A stretch of 61,653 nt of DNA, from contig CAYPXF010000007.1 of NCBI GenBank assembly GCA_964415025.1, positions 1 through 61,653 of the forward strand, read 5' to 3'. This stretch comes from an uncultured Gammaproteobacteria bacterium. Its GTDB lineage: Bacteria > Patescibacteriota > Patescibacteriia > UBA10025 > JAHIVO01. Both the position numbers and the translations under genes were made by a program. The stretch's first letter is position 1. Every line of letters begins with the position of its first letter. Below are positions 35,036-44,788 of the stretch, one piece after another. The notes below the pieces were generated by a model. That model saw only the letters and a list, made by a program, of their open reading frames with translations. It was not told the DNA's origin and did no database searches.

Positions 35036-35518
35036 CTAGTTAGTATTTTTCTCCTTAGTAATGTTCGAAGCGGTTGGTGCGGTTTCCTGCACACTGCCGC
35101 CCGCTTCTAGAATAGCCTGTTTTGCTGATTGTGAAAAGGCGGCTGCCTGCACTGTAAATTTTTTCTTCATTTGGCCCTGGCCCAGTATCTTTGCCGGACC
35201 GCCGTGTCGATTAATCAATCCATGCTCAATCAGTTTGCTGCGATTAATAACAGTACCTTCTTCAAACACTTTGTCGAGTTTGCCAATATTTACCGGCTGC
35301 ATCGGCGGATGAGGACTTTTAAATCCACGATTTTTAGGAAGTTTTTGCAACACCTGCCGCAGACCGCGGCGTTGTAGGCCCTTTTTCCCGCCAGAACGTG
35401 ATCGCTGTCCTTTTTGCCCACGGCCGGAATACGTACCGCGGCCTGAACTATTGCCGCGACCGCGGCGCTTTTTACGGGACTGCCCTGGTGATACTAATGA
35501 ATGCAGTGATAATACCAT
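35036..35518 (-). CDS. rplO: 50S ribosomal protein L15
   Basis: [32 protein letters not shown]. Confidence 0.95.
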   Translation of the reverse strand: MVLSLHSLVSPGQSRKKRRGRGNSSGRGTYSGRGQKGQRSRSGGKKGLQRRGLRQVLQKLPKNRGFKSPHPPMQPVNIGKLDKVFEEGTVINRSKLIEHGLINRHGGPAKILGQGQMKKKFTVQAAAFSQSAKQAILEAGGSVQETAPTASNITKEKNTN

Positions 35519-35519
35519 A

Positions 35520-36023
35520 TTATTTCTTTCTCAATGCCTTTATTTGTTCGCGTGTCAGAAGCCCCTCTAGGGCAGCTATAGTCGCCTTGACGTTGTTAAT
35601 TTTACTCTTTGAGCCTAATATTTTTGCTACCACATTCTTAATACCGGCTAACTCTAACACTGCCCGGATTGGTCCGCCGGCAATAACACCAGTACCAGCC
35701 GGTGCCGGCTTAATCAGCACGCGGGCGCCTCCGTATTTTTTCTCGACCACCTGTGGTATCGTTCCTTCTACCAGATTAACCTTGATCAGGCTTTTTTTCG
35801 CAGCACGGACGGCTTTATTGATTGCCATTGATACATCCGCGCCTTTGCGCAGACCCACGGCCACGCGACCCTTGCGGTCACCAATCACTACACAGGCTCT
35901 AAAACTCATCCGCTTACCACCAGCCATAACACGAGTAACCCGAGAAATTTCAATAAGCTTTTGATCAAATTCGTCATCTTTGCGCTGTCCGCGACGTTTG
36001 TTATGTGGATTTTTATTAGCCAT
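35520..36023 (-). CDS. rpsE: 30S ribosomal protein S5
   Basis: RVTRVMAGGKRMSF, PAPAGTGVIAGG. Confidence 0.97.
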   Translation of the reverse strand: MANKNPHNKRRGQRKDDEFDQKLIEISRVTRVMAGGKRMSFRACVVIGDRKGRVAVGLRKGADVSMAINKAVRAAKKSLIKVNLVEGTIPQVVEKKYGGARVLIKPAPAGTGVIAGGPIRAVLELAGIKNVVAKILGSKSKINNVKATIAALEGLLTREQIKALRKK

Positions 36024-36034
36024 AATTCCTGAAT

Positions 36035-36394
36035 TTATAATGTTAATCCGCCCTGTTTCATGCCTGCTGCAATTGCTTTGACGCGGCCGTGAAATTTCTT
36101 ACCACGACGGTCAAAGACGACCGCTTTAATATTTGCTTTGGCAGCTTTTTCCGCAATTAACACTCCGACCGCCTGGGCTTTTTCTGTTTTAGTTCCCTTT
36201 TTGTTCTTCAGTTCTCGGTCACCTGCCGCTGCAAGAGTAACGCCTGCTTCGTCATCAATAAGCTGGACTGTATTATGCCGCAAACTACAGTATACGGCTG
36301 CTCGCGGACGTACAGCCGTGCCCCGCACTTTGCTGCGGACCCGATTAGCGCGCCGCTGATATGTTTCACGTTTTGTTTTAATATGTTTATACAT
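36035..36394 (-). CDS. rplR: 50S ribosomal protein L18
   Basis: QLIDD, VVFDR..KFHGRVKAIA. Confidence 0.95.
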   Translation of the reverse strand: MYKHIKTKRETYQRRANRVRSKVRGTAVRPRAAVYCSLRHNTVQLIDDEAGVTLAAAGDRELKNKKGTKTEKAQAVGVLIAEKAAKANIKAVVFDRRGKKFHGRVKAIAAGMKQGGLTL

Positions 36395-36411
36395 AGTAGT
36401 ATGAGATTTAT

Positions 36412-36963
36412 CTAACCAGCGCTGGCAGATTTGACAACTTTTCCGGCCTTACGGCGGATTACTTCATCAATATATTTTATGCCTTTACCTTTATACGGTT
36501 CGGGCTTGCGTACGCTGCGTATTTGCGCAGCCACCTGGCCGACTGACTGCTTATCAATACCGCTTACCGTAATAATATTTTTTTCAACCTTAATATCTAT
36601 TCCTGCTGGCGGCTCAAAATTAACTGGATGCGAGTATCCGACATTAAGTGTCAATTTTTTCCCTGATACGGCAGCTCGATAGCCAACACCATTGACTTCC
36701 AGCTTTTTACTGTATCCTTTTGTCACGCCTTCTACCATATTTGACAGCAGCACTCGAGACGTCCCCCATAATTCTCTGGACGTTTTCTCATCAGGAGATG
36801 AAACAGAGACAGCTACTTGATTATCACTCTGGTCAAAGGAAATCCGCTCGTGAAAATCACGCTCGAGTGTTCCTTTTGGCCCCTGCACAGTGACATGCTG
36901 TCCGTCAATTGTCATGGTCACGCCATCAGGTATGACTACTGGCTGTTTACCGATTCTCGGCAT
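36412..36963 (-). CDS. rplF: 50S ribosomal protein L6
   Basis: RIGKQP, GVGYRA, PEPYKGKGI. Confidence 0.97.
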   Translation of the reverse strand: MPRIGKQPVVIPDGVTMTIDGQHVTVQGPKGTLERDFHERISFDQSDNQVAVSVSSPDEKTSRELWGTSRVLLSNMVEGVTKGYSKKLEVNGVGYRAAVSGKKLTLNVGYSHPVNFEPPAGIDIKVEKNIITVSGIDKQSVGQVAAQIRSVRKPEPYKGKGIKYIDEVIRRKAGKVVKSASAG

Positions 36964-36975
36964 ATCTAAATTAAA

Positions 36976-37371
36976 TTAATATATTTCACAAATTATTTCC
37001 CCGCCTGTTTTTTCTTTCTTTGCCTGGATATTAGTCTTCAGTCCATGTGAAGTCGATAATATCCAAATGCCCAATGACGGCAATACGGTGGGAATATCTT
37101 TATAGCCGCGATATACGCGACGGCCGGGCTTGCTGACACGCTTCAGTCCCCTGATCACTGAACCGCCCTGTTTGTATCGCAAGCCAATTCGTAATACCGA
37201 CCAACCGTTGTCTTCCTGCGTATCTTTTTCAACACGCTCAATAAACCCCTCATTAACGAGAATTTCTGCAACCTGGTGACGTAATTTTGAGTACGGCATG
37301 GCAACCTCATCCTGGCGCGCCATTAGCGCGTTCCTGATTCTGGTAAGCATGTCTGCGATAGTATCGGTCAT
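36976..37371 (-). CDS. rpsH: 30S ribosomal protein S8
   Basis: DTIADMLTRIRNA, SKPGRRVY, GGEIICEIY. Confidence 0.97.
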   Translation of the reverse strand: MTDTIADMLTRIRNALMARQDEVAMPYSKLRHQVAEILVNEGFIERVEKDTQEDNGWSVLRIGLRYKQGGSVIRGLKRVSKPGRRVYRGYKDIPTVLPSLGIWILSTSHGLKTNIQAKKEKTGGEIICEIY

Positions 37372-37395
37372 ATGTTTAATAGTAGGGATTAATAT

Positions 37396-37581
37396 TTACC
37401 AGCTGGACTTCTTAATACCCGGGATCTCACCGTTATTTGCCAACTCACGAAAACAAATCCGACACAGATTAAAATCTCTCATATAACCGCGATTTCGACC
37501 ACAGCGCCAGCAACGACGCACAATTCGCGTAGAATATTTTGGCTTTTTTTTCGATTTTGCTATTTGAGATACTTTAGCCAT
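37396..37581 (-). CDS. rpsN: 30S ribosomal protein S14, zinc-binding (type Z)
   Basis: RCWRCGR..LCRICFRE..GEIPGIKKSSW. Confidence 0.97.
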   Translation of the reverse strand: MAKVSQIAKSKKKPKYSTRIVRRCWRCGRNRGYMRDFNLCRICFRELANNGEIPGIKKSSW

Positions 37582-37589
37582 AAATCTAT

Positions 37590-38138
37590 TTACTGTTTTT
37601 TAAATGGAATACCTAGCTTGGCAAGCAGGACTCGCCCTTCTTTGGCTGTTGTCGCGGTCGTGATAATGGTCGCCTCTAGCCCATGAACGCGCTCGACCGC
37701 ATCATGCTCAATTTCTGGAAAAACAATATGCTCCTTAAATCCGATTGTCAGATTGCCGTTTTTATCAACGCTCGTCGGATTAATACCGCGGAAGTCTCTG
37801 ACACGCGGGAGAGCAATATTAATTAGTTTATCCACGAAATAATACATATATGCTCCGCGCAGTGTTACCGATGCACCGACTGTCATGCCTTCCCGTATCT
37901 TAAAAGCGGAGATTGATTTTTTCGCCTTTGTCTTGACCGGCCGCTGTCCAGTAATGCGTCGCAGGGTGTCGATGACCATATCAATAAATTTATCATCCTG
38001 CAACCCCTGTCCAGCGCCGACATTGACAGTAACTTTTTGCAGATGTGGCACGCTCAAGGGATTTATATACCCGAATGCTTTTTTCATAACGGGTATTATT
38101 TCATCCTGATATTTTTTCTGTAATCGTGGTTTAGCCAT
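37590..38138 (-). CDS. rplE: 50S ribosomal protein L5
   Basis: ITGQRP, FKIREG, LPRVRDFRG. Confidence 0.97.
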   Translation of the reverse strand: MAKPRLQKKYQDEIIPVMKKAFGYINPLSVPHLQKVTVNVGAGQGLQDDKFIDMVIDTLRRITGQRPVKTKAKKSISAFKIREGMTVGASVTLRGAYMYYFVDKLINIALPRVRDFRGINPTSVDKNGNLTIGFKEHIVFPEIEHDAVERVHGLEATIITTATTAKEGRVLLAKLGIPFKKQ

Positions 38139-38144
38139 ATAGTA

Positions 38145-38447
38145 TTATTTGCTGTTTGCTGATTTCTGCTTAAGCATAGTGGGAGAAGATTTTTTTGCCG
38201 GTTGGGGGCTCGGTTTGGCAGGGGTTTTTTCGTCTACGCGTTTTACATTGGAAGCATGGATAGGGGCATTAAACCTGACAACCTGCCCTTTTTCTCCCAT
38301 TTTCTTTGGTCGGACATTTTTTGCCAGCATATTGACGCCCTCAACCACAACACGATTCTCACCAGGCAAAACCTGCAGTACTTTTCCTTTTTTACCCTTA
38401 TCCTTGCCAGTAATAATTTTTACTATCTCATTCTTCTTAACATGCAT
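38145..38447 (-). CDS. rplX: 50S ribosomal protein L24
   Basis: IITGKDKGKKG, VEGVN, IHASNV. Confidence 0.95.
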   Translation of the reverse strand: MHVKKNEIVKIITGKDKGKKGKVLQVLPGENRVVVEGVNMLAKNVRPKKMGEKGQVVRFNAPIHASNVKRVDEKTPAKPSPQPAKKSSPTMLKQKSANSK

Positions 38448-38451
38448 ATGA

Positions 38452-38823
38452 TTAAAGTACTTCAGGGGCTAGTGAAATAATCTTATTATATCCTTGGCCG
38501 CGCAATTCCCGGGCAATTGGCCCGAAAATACGGGTACCACGCGGCTCCTTGTTCTGGGGGTTTATGATCACACCTGCGTTTTCATCGAAGCGGAGATATG
38601 ACCCATCAGGACGTCTGATTTCCTTACGCTGACGCACGATCACCATTTGTACCACTTCTCCTTTCTTAACCATAGCGTGCGGTATAGCTTCCTTAATCGA
38701 GACGGTTACTACGTCGCCGATTCTGGCATAACGTTTACGGTTCCCGCCCAGGACCTTAATAACTTCTGCTTTTCGGGCGCCGGTATTGTCGGCGGCATTT
38801 AGTTTTGTGTGGGGTTGAATCAT
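38452..38823 (-). CDS. rplN: 50S ribosomal protein L14
   Basis: [32 protein letters not shown]. Confidence 0.97.
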   Translation of the reverse strand: MIQPHTKLNAADNTGARKAEVIKVLGGNRKRYARIGDVVTVSIKEAIPHAMVKKGEVVQMVIVRQRKEIRRPDGSYLRFDENAGVIINPQNKEPRGTRIFGPIARELRGQGYNKIISLAPEVL

Positions 38824-38825
38824 GG

Positions 38826-39077
38826 TTATGAACTAATTTTTTCGATAACCCGCCACCGTTTTTCTTTACTCATTGGCCGTGTTTCCTCGATGACGACAAT
38901 ATCACCAACCTGATACGCATTATCCGGATCATGGACTTTGAATTTCTTATCCATGGTGTATTGTTTATGATATTTGGAATATGCCTTACTCCGGACAATT
39001 TTAACAACTATTGTCTTATCCATGGTATTACTGACAACGGTTCCCTGCAGACGACGATGGTGGGCTGAAGTAGCCAT
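38826..39077 (-). CDS. rpsQ: 30S ribosomal protein S17
   Basis: [23 protein letters not shown]. Confidence 0.97.
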   Translation of the reverse strand: MATSAHHRRLQGTVVSNTMDKTIVVKIVRSKAYSKYHKQYTMDKKFKVHDPDNAYQVGDIVVIEETRPMSKEKRWRVIEKISS

Positions 39078-39080
39078 AAA

Positions 39081-39326
39081 TTACTTAGTGTTAGTTTGTT
39101 TATCTGGTGACGCTGCGGCATCTGGTTGTACCTGCTTGAGAAAATCTTTTTCTTTCAGTACTGTCAAAATGCGGGCAATCGTACGTTTTGACTCGCGTAA
39201 TTCACGAACATCCTTGTGCTGTTTCGAGGCAATACGGAATGTTAAATCACGCCTTGCTTCTCGTTCTGCTTTTAGCATTTTTTGGAGCTCGCTTTCTGAT
39301 TTTTTACGCAGCGTTTCTATATCCAT
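39081..39326 (-). CDS. rpmC: 50S ribosomal protein L29
   Basis: LRKKS..EL, RESKRTIARILT; position between rplP and rpsQ. Confidence 0.93.
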   Translation of the reverse strand: MDIETLRKKSESELQKMLKAEREARRDLTFRIASKQHKDVRELRESKRTIARILTVLKEKDFLKQVQPDAAASPDKQTNTK

Positions 39327-39327
39327 A

Positions 39328-39732
39328 TTATTTGCTGATAAACCTTGTCTTAGTCGGTAGTTTGTGCGCTGCCAAACGGAATGCTTCCCGGGCTACTTGC
39401 TCCTCTACGCCATCCATCTCGAACATGACTGTGCCGGGCTTGACTACGGCCACGTAATGATCAACAGAGCCCTTGCCCCCGCCCATCGGAACCTCTGAAC
39501 CGTGTGTTGTCACTGGTTTGTCCGGGAAAATTCGAATCCATATTTTACCGCCCTTGTGCATATAGCGCGTCATAGCACGTCTCGCTGACTCGATCTGCCG
39601 TGAGCTAACCCAGGCGGCTGATATCGCTTTCAGGCCGTAGCTCCCAAAATCAAGCGACGTCTTCGAGCTGGCTTTACCGCGCATGCGACCCTTGTGCCAT
39701 TTTCTATGTTTTACTTTACGTGGGATTAACAT
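39328..39732 (-). CDS. rplP: 50S ribosomal protein L16
   Basis: [27 protein letters not shown]. Confidence 0.97.
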   Translation of the reverse strand: MLIPRKVKHRKWHKGRMRGKASSKTSLDFGSYGLKAISAAWVSSRQIESARRAMTRYMHKGGKIWIRIFPDKPVTTHGSEVPMGGGKGSVDHYVAVVKPGTVMFEMDGVEEQVAREAFRLAAHKLPTKTRFISK

Positions 39733-39737
39733 ACTTA

Positions 39738-40409
39738 TTATTGTTTCTCCTTATTGTCATCATCAGAAAACTTCTCGCCCCGATTAATCCAGACCTTAAC
39801 ACCGACAGCGCCATAGGTCGTATGTGCCGCGCCGCGGGCATAATCAACATCCGCCCGGAGGGTATGCAGCGGTACGCTCCCTTCTGAAAATTTTTCCTTA
39901 CGTGCGATTTCTGCTCCGTTCAGCCGTCCGCCTACAATAATGCGCACGCCTTTTACTGAACCTGACTGCATCACCTGATCAATGGCCCGTTTGGCTGCTC
40001 GTCTGAAAGGAATGCGTTTTTCCAGCTGCTCAATAATATTGCAGCACACTAACTGCGCATTGGCATTGGGATTACTGACTTCGTGAATATTGACCGTGAG
40101 CTTCGTCTTCTTATCTAAAAAATTCTTCTTTATCTCTTTTTTCAGGTCATCAGCGCCAGCGCCGCCGCGACCGATAACAATGCCAGGCTTCGAAGTATGG
40201 AGGTTGATTATCACCTTACCCCCGCCAGAGCGTTCGATTTCAATCTTGGCAATACCGGCTGCGCGCAGCTTGTGCTGTAAATATTTCCTTATTTTGATGT
40301 CTTCCTCGAGCTTAGCAGCATACTCACCTGGCTTATTAGAAAACCATTTTGATTTCCAGCCCTCGATAATGCCGATGCGAAATGCTCGTGGATGTACTTT
40401 TTGTCCCAT
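39738..40409 (-). CDS. rpsC: 30S ribosomal protein S3
   Basis: [28 protein letters not shown]. Confidence 0.97.
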   Translation of the reverse strand: MGQKVHPRAFRIGIIEGWKSKWFSNKPGEYAAKLEEDIKIRKYLQHKLRAAGIAKIEIERSGGGKVIINLHTSKPGIVIGRGGAGADDLKKEIKKNFLDKKTKLTVNIHEVSNPNANAQLVCCNIIEQLEKRIPFRRAAKRAIDQVMQSGSVKGVRIIVGGRLNGAEIARKEKFSEGSVPLHTLRADVDYARGAAHTTYGAVGVKVWINRGEKFSDDDNKEKQ

Positions 40410-40410
40410 A

Positions 40411-40956
40411 CTATCGTTCTCCTAAACGTCGACTAAATTTATCTTTGAGACCGCTAAAACCCTTGTCCGCTTTTTTCTGCTGTGGCTGCTCTTCACCTAG
40501 CGCCGGTTCCTCGGTCTTTTTACCCTTGGCTTCCTGCTTAATATCCTGATAATCAACCACCGGACCGTCCTGTGACTTGCCTTTTTTCTGCTTGGAGCTA
40601 GCTGACGCGCTTGCTTTTGTCGCTTTTATTTCATCGAGTACGATGACCACATGCGATGAGCGTTTGCGGATTTCTGCGGCGCGGCCAAAAGCTCGTGCTC
40701 GCCATCGCTTCAATGTTGGCCCCTGATCTACCGTTATCTGTTTTATATATAAATTATTCTTATCAAGTTTGAAATTATTTTCTGCGTTAGCAATCGCCGA
40801 GCGTAATAACTTCAGGATGGGCCTGGATGCAGCTTTTGATAAATACATAAGCTGGTATTCGGCTTCCTCGGTCGTCATCCCGCGGATAACATCAGCTACT
40901 AACCGTACTTTTCGCGGTGACATGCGCAGGTGGCGTAATTTTGCGTTAACTTCCAT
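40411..40956 (-). CDS. rplV: 50S ribosomal protein L22 with C-terminal extension
   Basis: SPRKVRLVAD, SAIANAENN, RAFGRA. Confidence 0.95.
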   Translation of the reverse strand: MEVNAKLRHLRMSPRKVRLVADVIRGMTTEEAEYQLMYLSKAASRPILKLLRSAIANAENNFKLDKNNLYIKQITVDQGPTLKRWRARAFGRAAEIRKRSSHVVIVLDEIKATKASASASSKQKKGKSQDGPVVDYQDIKQEAKGKKTEEPALGEEQPQQKKADKGFSGLKDKFSRRLGER

Positions 40957-40974
40957 AGAGATGTCTGTTTGGGC

Positions 40975-41292
40975 CTATTTAGATTCTTCCTTCTTCGGTG
41001 CAGCGGCGCCGGCAGCGGCTTCTTGTTCCCGCTGCATGCGGCCGCCATGGCGTACAAATTTGCGCGTTGGTGAAAATTCACCCAATCGGTGTCCAACCAT
41101 ATTCTCATCCACCGAAACATTGACGTGCTCCTTGCCATTATGCACCCCAAAAGTAAAACCGATCATTTCTGGTGTAATCACTGAATCGCGGGACCATGTC
41201 CTGATAACAGTTTTATCGCCAGATTTAAAATTTGACAGCTTTTTCAGCAGTTTTGGATCTGTGTATGGTCCTTTTTTCAGACTTCGTGACAT
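40975..41292 (-). CDS. rpsS: 30S ribosomal protein S19
   Basis: [22 protein letters not shown]. Confidence 0.97.
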   Translation of the reverse strand: MSRSLKKGPYTDPKLLKKLSNFKSGDKTVIRTWSRDSVITPEMIGFTFGVHNGKEHVNVSVDENMVGHRLGEFSPTRKFVRHGGRMQREQEAAAGAAAPKKEESK

Positions 41293-41322
41293 ATGCTTAT
41301 GTTAGGGCAATAAAGTATAGCT

Positions 41323-42165
41323 TTACTTTTTTCTGCCTTTTCTTTTTTTAATAATATATTTATCAGAGGGTTTGTATTTTTTTCGCGTTTTGACTCCCAG
41401 CGCAGGTTTGCCCCATGGCGTCTTAGGATGCTTCAGGCCGATCGGCGAATGCCCCTCACCGCCGCCGTGCGGATGGTCAACCGGATTCATCGATTTACCT
41501 GTCACTGTCGGACGGATTCCAAGCCAGCGCTTTTTACCGGCCTTACCCATGCGGATATTTTTCTGATCAATATTTGATACCTGTCCAATAGTCGCCATGC
41601 AGTCGCCGCTGAAAATTCTCACCTCTCCAGATGGCATCTTAAGCTGCACTTTACCGGCATCCATTGCCTGGATAATAGCGCCAGTACCAGCTGATCGGAC
41701 AATCGTGCCGCCACTGCCAGGATTTAATTCTATGTCATGGACAGTTACCCCCAACGGAATCTTCATAAGCGGTAGCCGGTTTCCCGGTGCTATTTCGGCT
41801 TGGTCTTTGGAACATATCACAGTTGCCCCTTTTTGCAAACCATCAGGAGCCAGGATATAGCTTTTTTCGCTGTCTTCGTATTGGATCAACGCTATCCAGG
41901 CGGTTCGGTTTGGATCATATTCAATAGCTAGTACTGTCGCCGGCTGATCATGTTTATCCCGCAGACGGTCAATCATGCGATAAAAACGCTTATGTCCCCC
42001 GCCCCGATGCCGTACTGTAATCTTTCCCTGGGTATTACGGCCGGCTTTGCTCTTAATAGGCTGCCGTAGTTTTTTTTCAGGACGCTTTTTATCCAGGAGG
42101 GTATGATCGACAACACTGGCGTGTCGACGGCCGGGAGTGGTTGGTTTGTAATGCTTAACTGCCAT
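41323..42165 (-). CDS. rplB: 50S ribosomal protein L2
   Basis: RGGGHKR, EYDPNRTA, MNPVDHPHGGGEG. Confidence 0.97.
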   Translation of the reverse strand: MAVKHYKPTTPGRRHASVVDHTLLDKKRPEKKLRQPIKSKAGRNTQGKITVRHRGGGHKRFYRMIDRLRDKHDQPATVLAIEYDPNRTAWIALIQYEDSEKSYILAPDGLQKGATVICSKDQAEIAPGNRLPLMKIPLGVTVHDIELNPGSGGTIVRSAGTGAIIQAMDAGKVQLKMPSGEVRIFSGDCMATIGQVSNIDQKNIRMGKAGKKRWLGIRPTVTGKSMNPVDHPHGGGEGHSPIGLKHPKTPWGKPALGVKTRKKYKPSDKYIIKKRKGRKK

Positions 42166-42171
42166 GATGAT

Positions 42172-42206
42172 TAGTAATTGGTAATTGGATATTGGTAATT
42201 GGAAAT
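42172..42206. repeat. Five tandem heptamers (TGGTAAT-like) filling the rplW-rplB spacer
   Basis: tagtaat tggtaat tggatat tggtaat tggaaat. Confidence 0.75.
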
Positions 42207-42212
42207 TTGTTT

Positions 42213-42710
42213 TTACAGTCCTTCTTGGATATCAATCTTCTGTCCCTGCGGTAATGTAATGATAGCCTTTTTCCAATGCTTGGTTGATCCCTCGGTACGG
42301 CCATAGCGTACATACTTACCGGCCATAGTGACTATATTCACCTGTTGTGCTGAAACACCGTAAACATTTTTTATGGCTTTACGTACTTCAGTTTTATTTG
42401 CCCGCGGCGTTACTTCAAAAACATATTTATTCAGGGCGCTAAGTGATGATGCTTTTTCAGTGATGAGCGGCCGTACCAGTACTCGATATGCATTGCCCGT
42501 ATCCTCTTTTTTTGCTTTAGCTTTTTTATCTTTGGCGCTGACTTTTTTCTTAACCGTGGCCAGACTGCCGTCAGGTCGGACAACAGTCTCTGTTTTTTCT
42601 TCTTCCTTTTTGGGTGGCTGTTTCTGGGCAGACTTATCTACGGCAGCTTTTTTCTGTTTTTTCTTATCCTCGGACCTTTTAGGGCTTTTTATTTTGTCTA
42701 AAATTCCCAT
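42213..42710 (-). CDS. rplW: 50S ribosomal protein L23 with long Lys-rich N-terminal extension
   Basis: PLITEKAS, ANKTEVRKAI, WKKAIITL. Confidence 0.93.
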   Translation of the reverse strand: MGILDKIKSPKRSEDKKKQKKAAVDKSAQKQPPKKEEEKTETVVRPDGSLATVKKKVSAKDKKAKAKKEDTGNAYRVLVRPLITEKASSLSALNKYVFEVTPRANKTEVRKAIKNVYGVSAQQVNIVTMAGKYVRYGRTEGSTKHWKKAIITLPQGQKIDIQEGL

Positions 42711-42719
42711 ATATATATA

Positions 42720-43349
42720 TTATGCAGTATAGGTTTTTATCATTACATCGAGTGATGGTTTTGGCGCGAGTAACACCTCAGGTCGTAGTACTGCTACCGT
42801 ATTCAGGCTGTTTGCCGGCAGTATAGACACCTGTGGCATGTTTCGCGCTGATTTTGCCAGGATAGCATCTGCGCCCGGCGTGATGATGAGCACTTTCGTA
42901 CCAATAGAGAGCGCCTGTAGCAGTCCGGCTAATTGCTTCGTCTTAATAGATTTGAATTGCAAATCCTCGAGAATTACTATTTTATTGCGCTGGGCTTTGT
43001 CAGTCAGCGCCATGCAGAGCGCCTTGCGCCGGGCTTTTTTATTCATTTTCAAGGTATAATTTCTGTCCTGACGCGGACCAAAGGTGACACCGCCACCGCT
43101 CCAGAGCGGCGAACGGATAGAACCATGGCGCGCCCGTCCGGTTCCTTTTTGGCGCCAGGGTTTGCGGCCGCCACCGCGCACTTCAGATCGATCCTTGGTA
43201 TGGGCTACCGTGGTGCGTGCATTGGCCATGTGCGTGCGGACTGCCTGCTGCACAAGTTCTGGATTTATTTCAACCCCGAATAATTTCGGCTCCAGCTCAA
43301 GACTGCCTTTTTTCTCGCCTGCTTGATTATAAATATCTGCTTTAGCCAT
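42720..43349 (-). CDS. rplD: 50S ribosomal protein L4
   Basis: GGGRKPWRQKGTGRARHGS, GGGVTFGP. Confidence 0.97.
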   Translation of the reverse strand: MAKADIYNQAGEKKGSLELEPKLFGVEINPELVQQAVRTHMANARTTVAHTKDRSEVRGGGRKPWRQKGTGRARHGSIRSPLWSGGGVTFGPRQDRNYTLKMNKKARRKALCMALTDKAQRNKIVILEDLQFKSIKTKQLAGLLQALSIGTKVLIITPGADAILAKSARNMPQVSILPANSLNTVAVLRPEVLLAPKPSLDVMIKTYTA

Positions 43350-43355
43350 GGTATA

Positions 43356-44171
43356 TTATTTATTAGCTTCAGGTTTTTTGGTGTCAATCTTTTTTGATGC
43401 TTCGCTGTTTTCTGAAGAAATTTTTTGATTATTTGCTGCGTTACCGGGCTGCTCTTCTTTTTTTTGTGATTTCTCTGGTTGCTCTGATTTTGGTGCTGAT
43501 GTATTCTCTGCTGCTTGACCGGCGCCACCAGATTCCTGCTTAGCAGGCTGATTTAATGCCATATCGCCTTCAGCAGTAATACGTACGAGACTATTGCGAG
43601 CACCGGGAACAGCTCCCTTGATATATAGTAAATTTTTCTCTCCATCTACTTCGATAATTTCTAAATTTTTTACGGTTACCGTCGCGTTGCCCATTTGACC
43701 GCCCATACGCGTGCCCTTAAATACCCGAGCCGCATCAGTCGCACCGATTGATCCAGGCATGCGCAATTGGTCTTTATCGCCATGAGAACCTTTGCCGCCC
43801 TTAAAACCGTGTCGACGTACAACTCCCTGAAATCCCTTACCCTTACTGTTCCCAGCAATACGAACTGTATCACCTGGGGCAAAGACATTGGCTGTTATCA
43901 CGTCACCGCGATCAAGGTCAGCAGCTTGGTCCAGCCGGAATTCACGAAAATAGCCAAATGTATCAAGTCCCTTAACATGTCCCTGCTGCGGTTTTGGTAA
44001 ATGTTTTTTCTGGCCAAAACCCACCTGTACCGCATCATATGAATCGACCGCGGCTGTTTTAACCTGTGTAACCGTACACGGTCCAGCCTGCACCACTGTT
44101 ACGGGAACAGCTGCGCCGTCTTCTTGAAAGCGCTGAGTCATGGTTATTTTTTTACCGAGAATAAATTTCAT
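43356..44171 (-). CDS. rplC: 50S ribosomal protein L3 with C-terminal extension
   Basis: PVTVV, KGKGFQGVVRRH, GSIG, KGAVPG. Confidence 0.97.
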   Translation of the reverse strand: MKFILGKKITMTQRFQEDGAAVPVTVVQAGPCTVTQVKTAAVDSYDAVQVGFGQKKHLPKPQQGHVKGLDTFGYFREFRLDQAADLDRGDVITANVFAPGDTVRIAGNSKGKGFQGVVRRHGFKGGKGSHGDKDQLRMPGSIGATDAARVFKGTRMGGQMGNATVTVKNLEIIEVDGEKNLLYIKGAVPGARNSLVRITAEGDMALNQPAKQESGGAGQAAENTSAPKSEQPEKSQKKEEQPGNAANNQKISSENSEASKKIDTKKPEANK

Positions 44172-44187
44172 AAAAATCTAATAACTA

Positions 44188-44348
44188 AAAAACCGGTCAT
44201 GTATGCTTACAATTCGACTACCAGGAGTATGAAGTCGAACTCTTTCGACCGGCTTTCATCCTGCTGGTAAATCGTTATCCGGGGATTAGCGCATACTATA
44301 TTTGGATTTTCATCCCCAGAACCTATCCACCTAACAAAGTATTGTCAA
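44188..44348 (-). promoter_or_regulatory. Internal promoter and structured 5' leader upstream of rplC
   Basis: TTGACA-17-TAGGTT (44348 to 44320); hairpin CTGGGGAT/ATCCCCGG; two mutually exclusive downstream folds, one ending in a U tract. Confidence 0.6.
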
Positions 44349-44355
44349 TCATTCA

Positions 44356-44709
44356 TTACATTTTGATTTCTACATCAACACCGGCAGGCAGGTTCAAACT
44401 CATCATGGCATCAATAGTCTTTGGTGTTGGGTTCAGAATATCAATCAAGCGTTTATGTACGCGCATTTCATACTGCTCACGAGCGTCTTTATGCACAAAA
44501 GTTGAGCGGTTAACGGTGTATTTTTTCTTTTCTGTGGGAAGCGGAATAGGGCCACGGGTGATCGCGCCACTACGCGCGGCGGTATCCAGAATCGTACGCG
44601 TCGACTGATCAATAATCTTGTGATCATAGGCACGAATCCTAATCCGTATGCGCTGCTGGATTTCTTCATCATTATTGCTTGTATTTTTTGCTGATTGCTC
44701 GTCTGCCAT
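44356..44709 (-). CDS. rpsJ: 30S ribosomal protein S10
   Basis: [32 protein letters not shown]. Confidence 0.97.
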   Translation of the reverse strand: MADEQSAKNTSNNDEEIQQRIRIRIRAYDHKIIDQSTRTILDTAARSGAITRGPIPLPTEKKKYTVNRSTFVHKDAREQYEMRVHKRLIDILNPTPKTIDAMMSLNLPAGVDVEIKM

Positions 44710-44788
44710 TACCTAAAATTGATGTAGTTTTTTAAATGTCAATTTATAATGCAGAAAATCCTGGGCTAGTGCCCAGAATTTCCATGAT

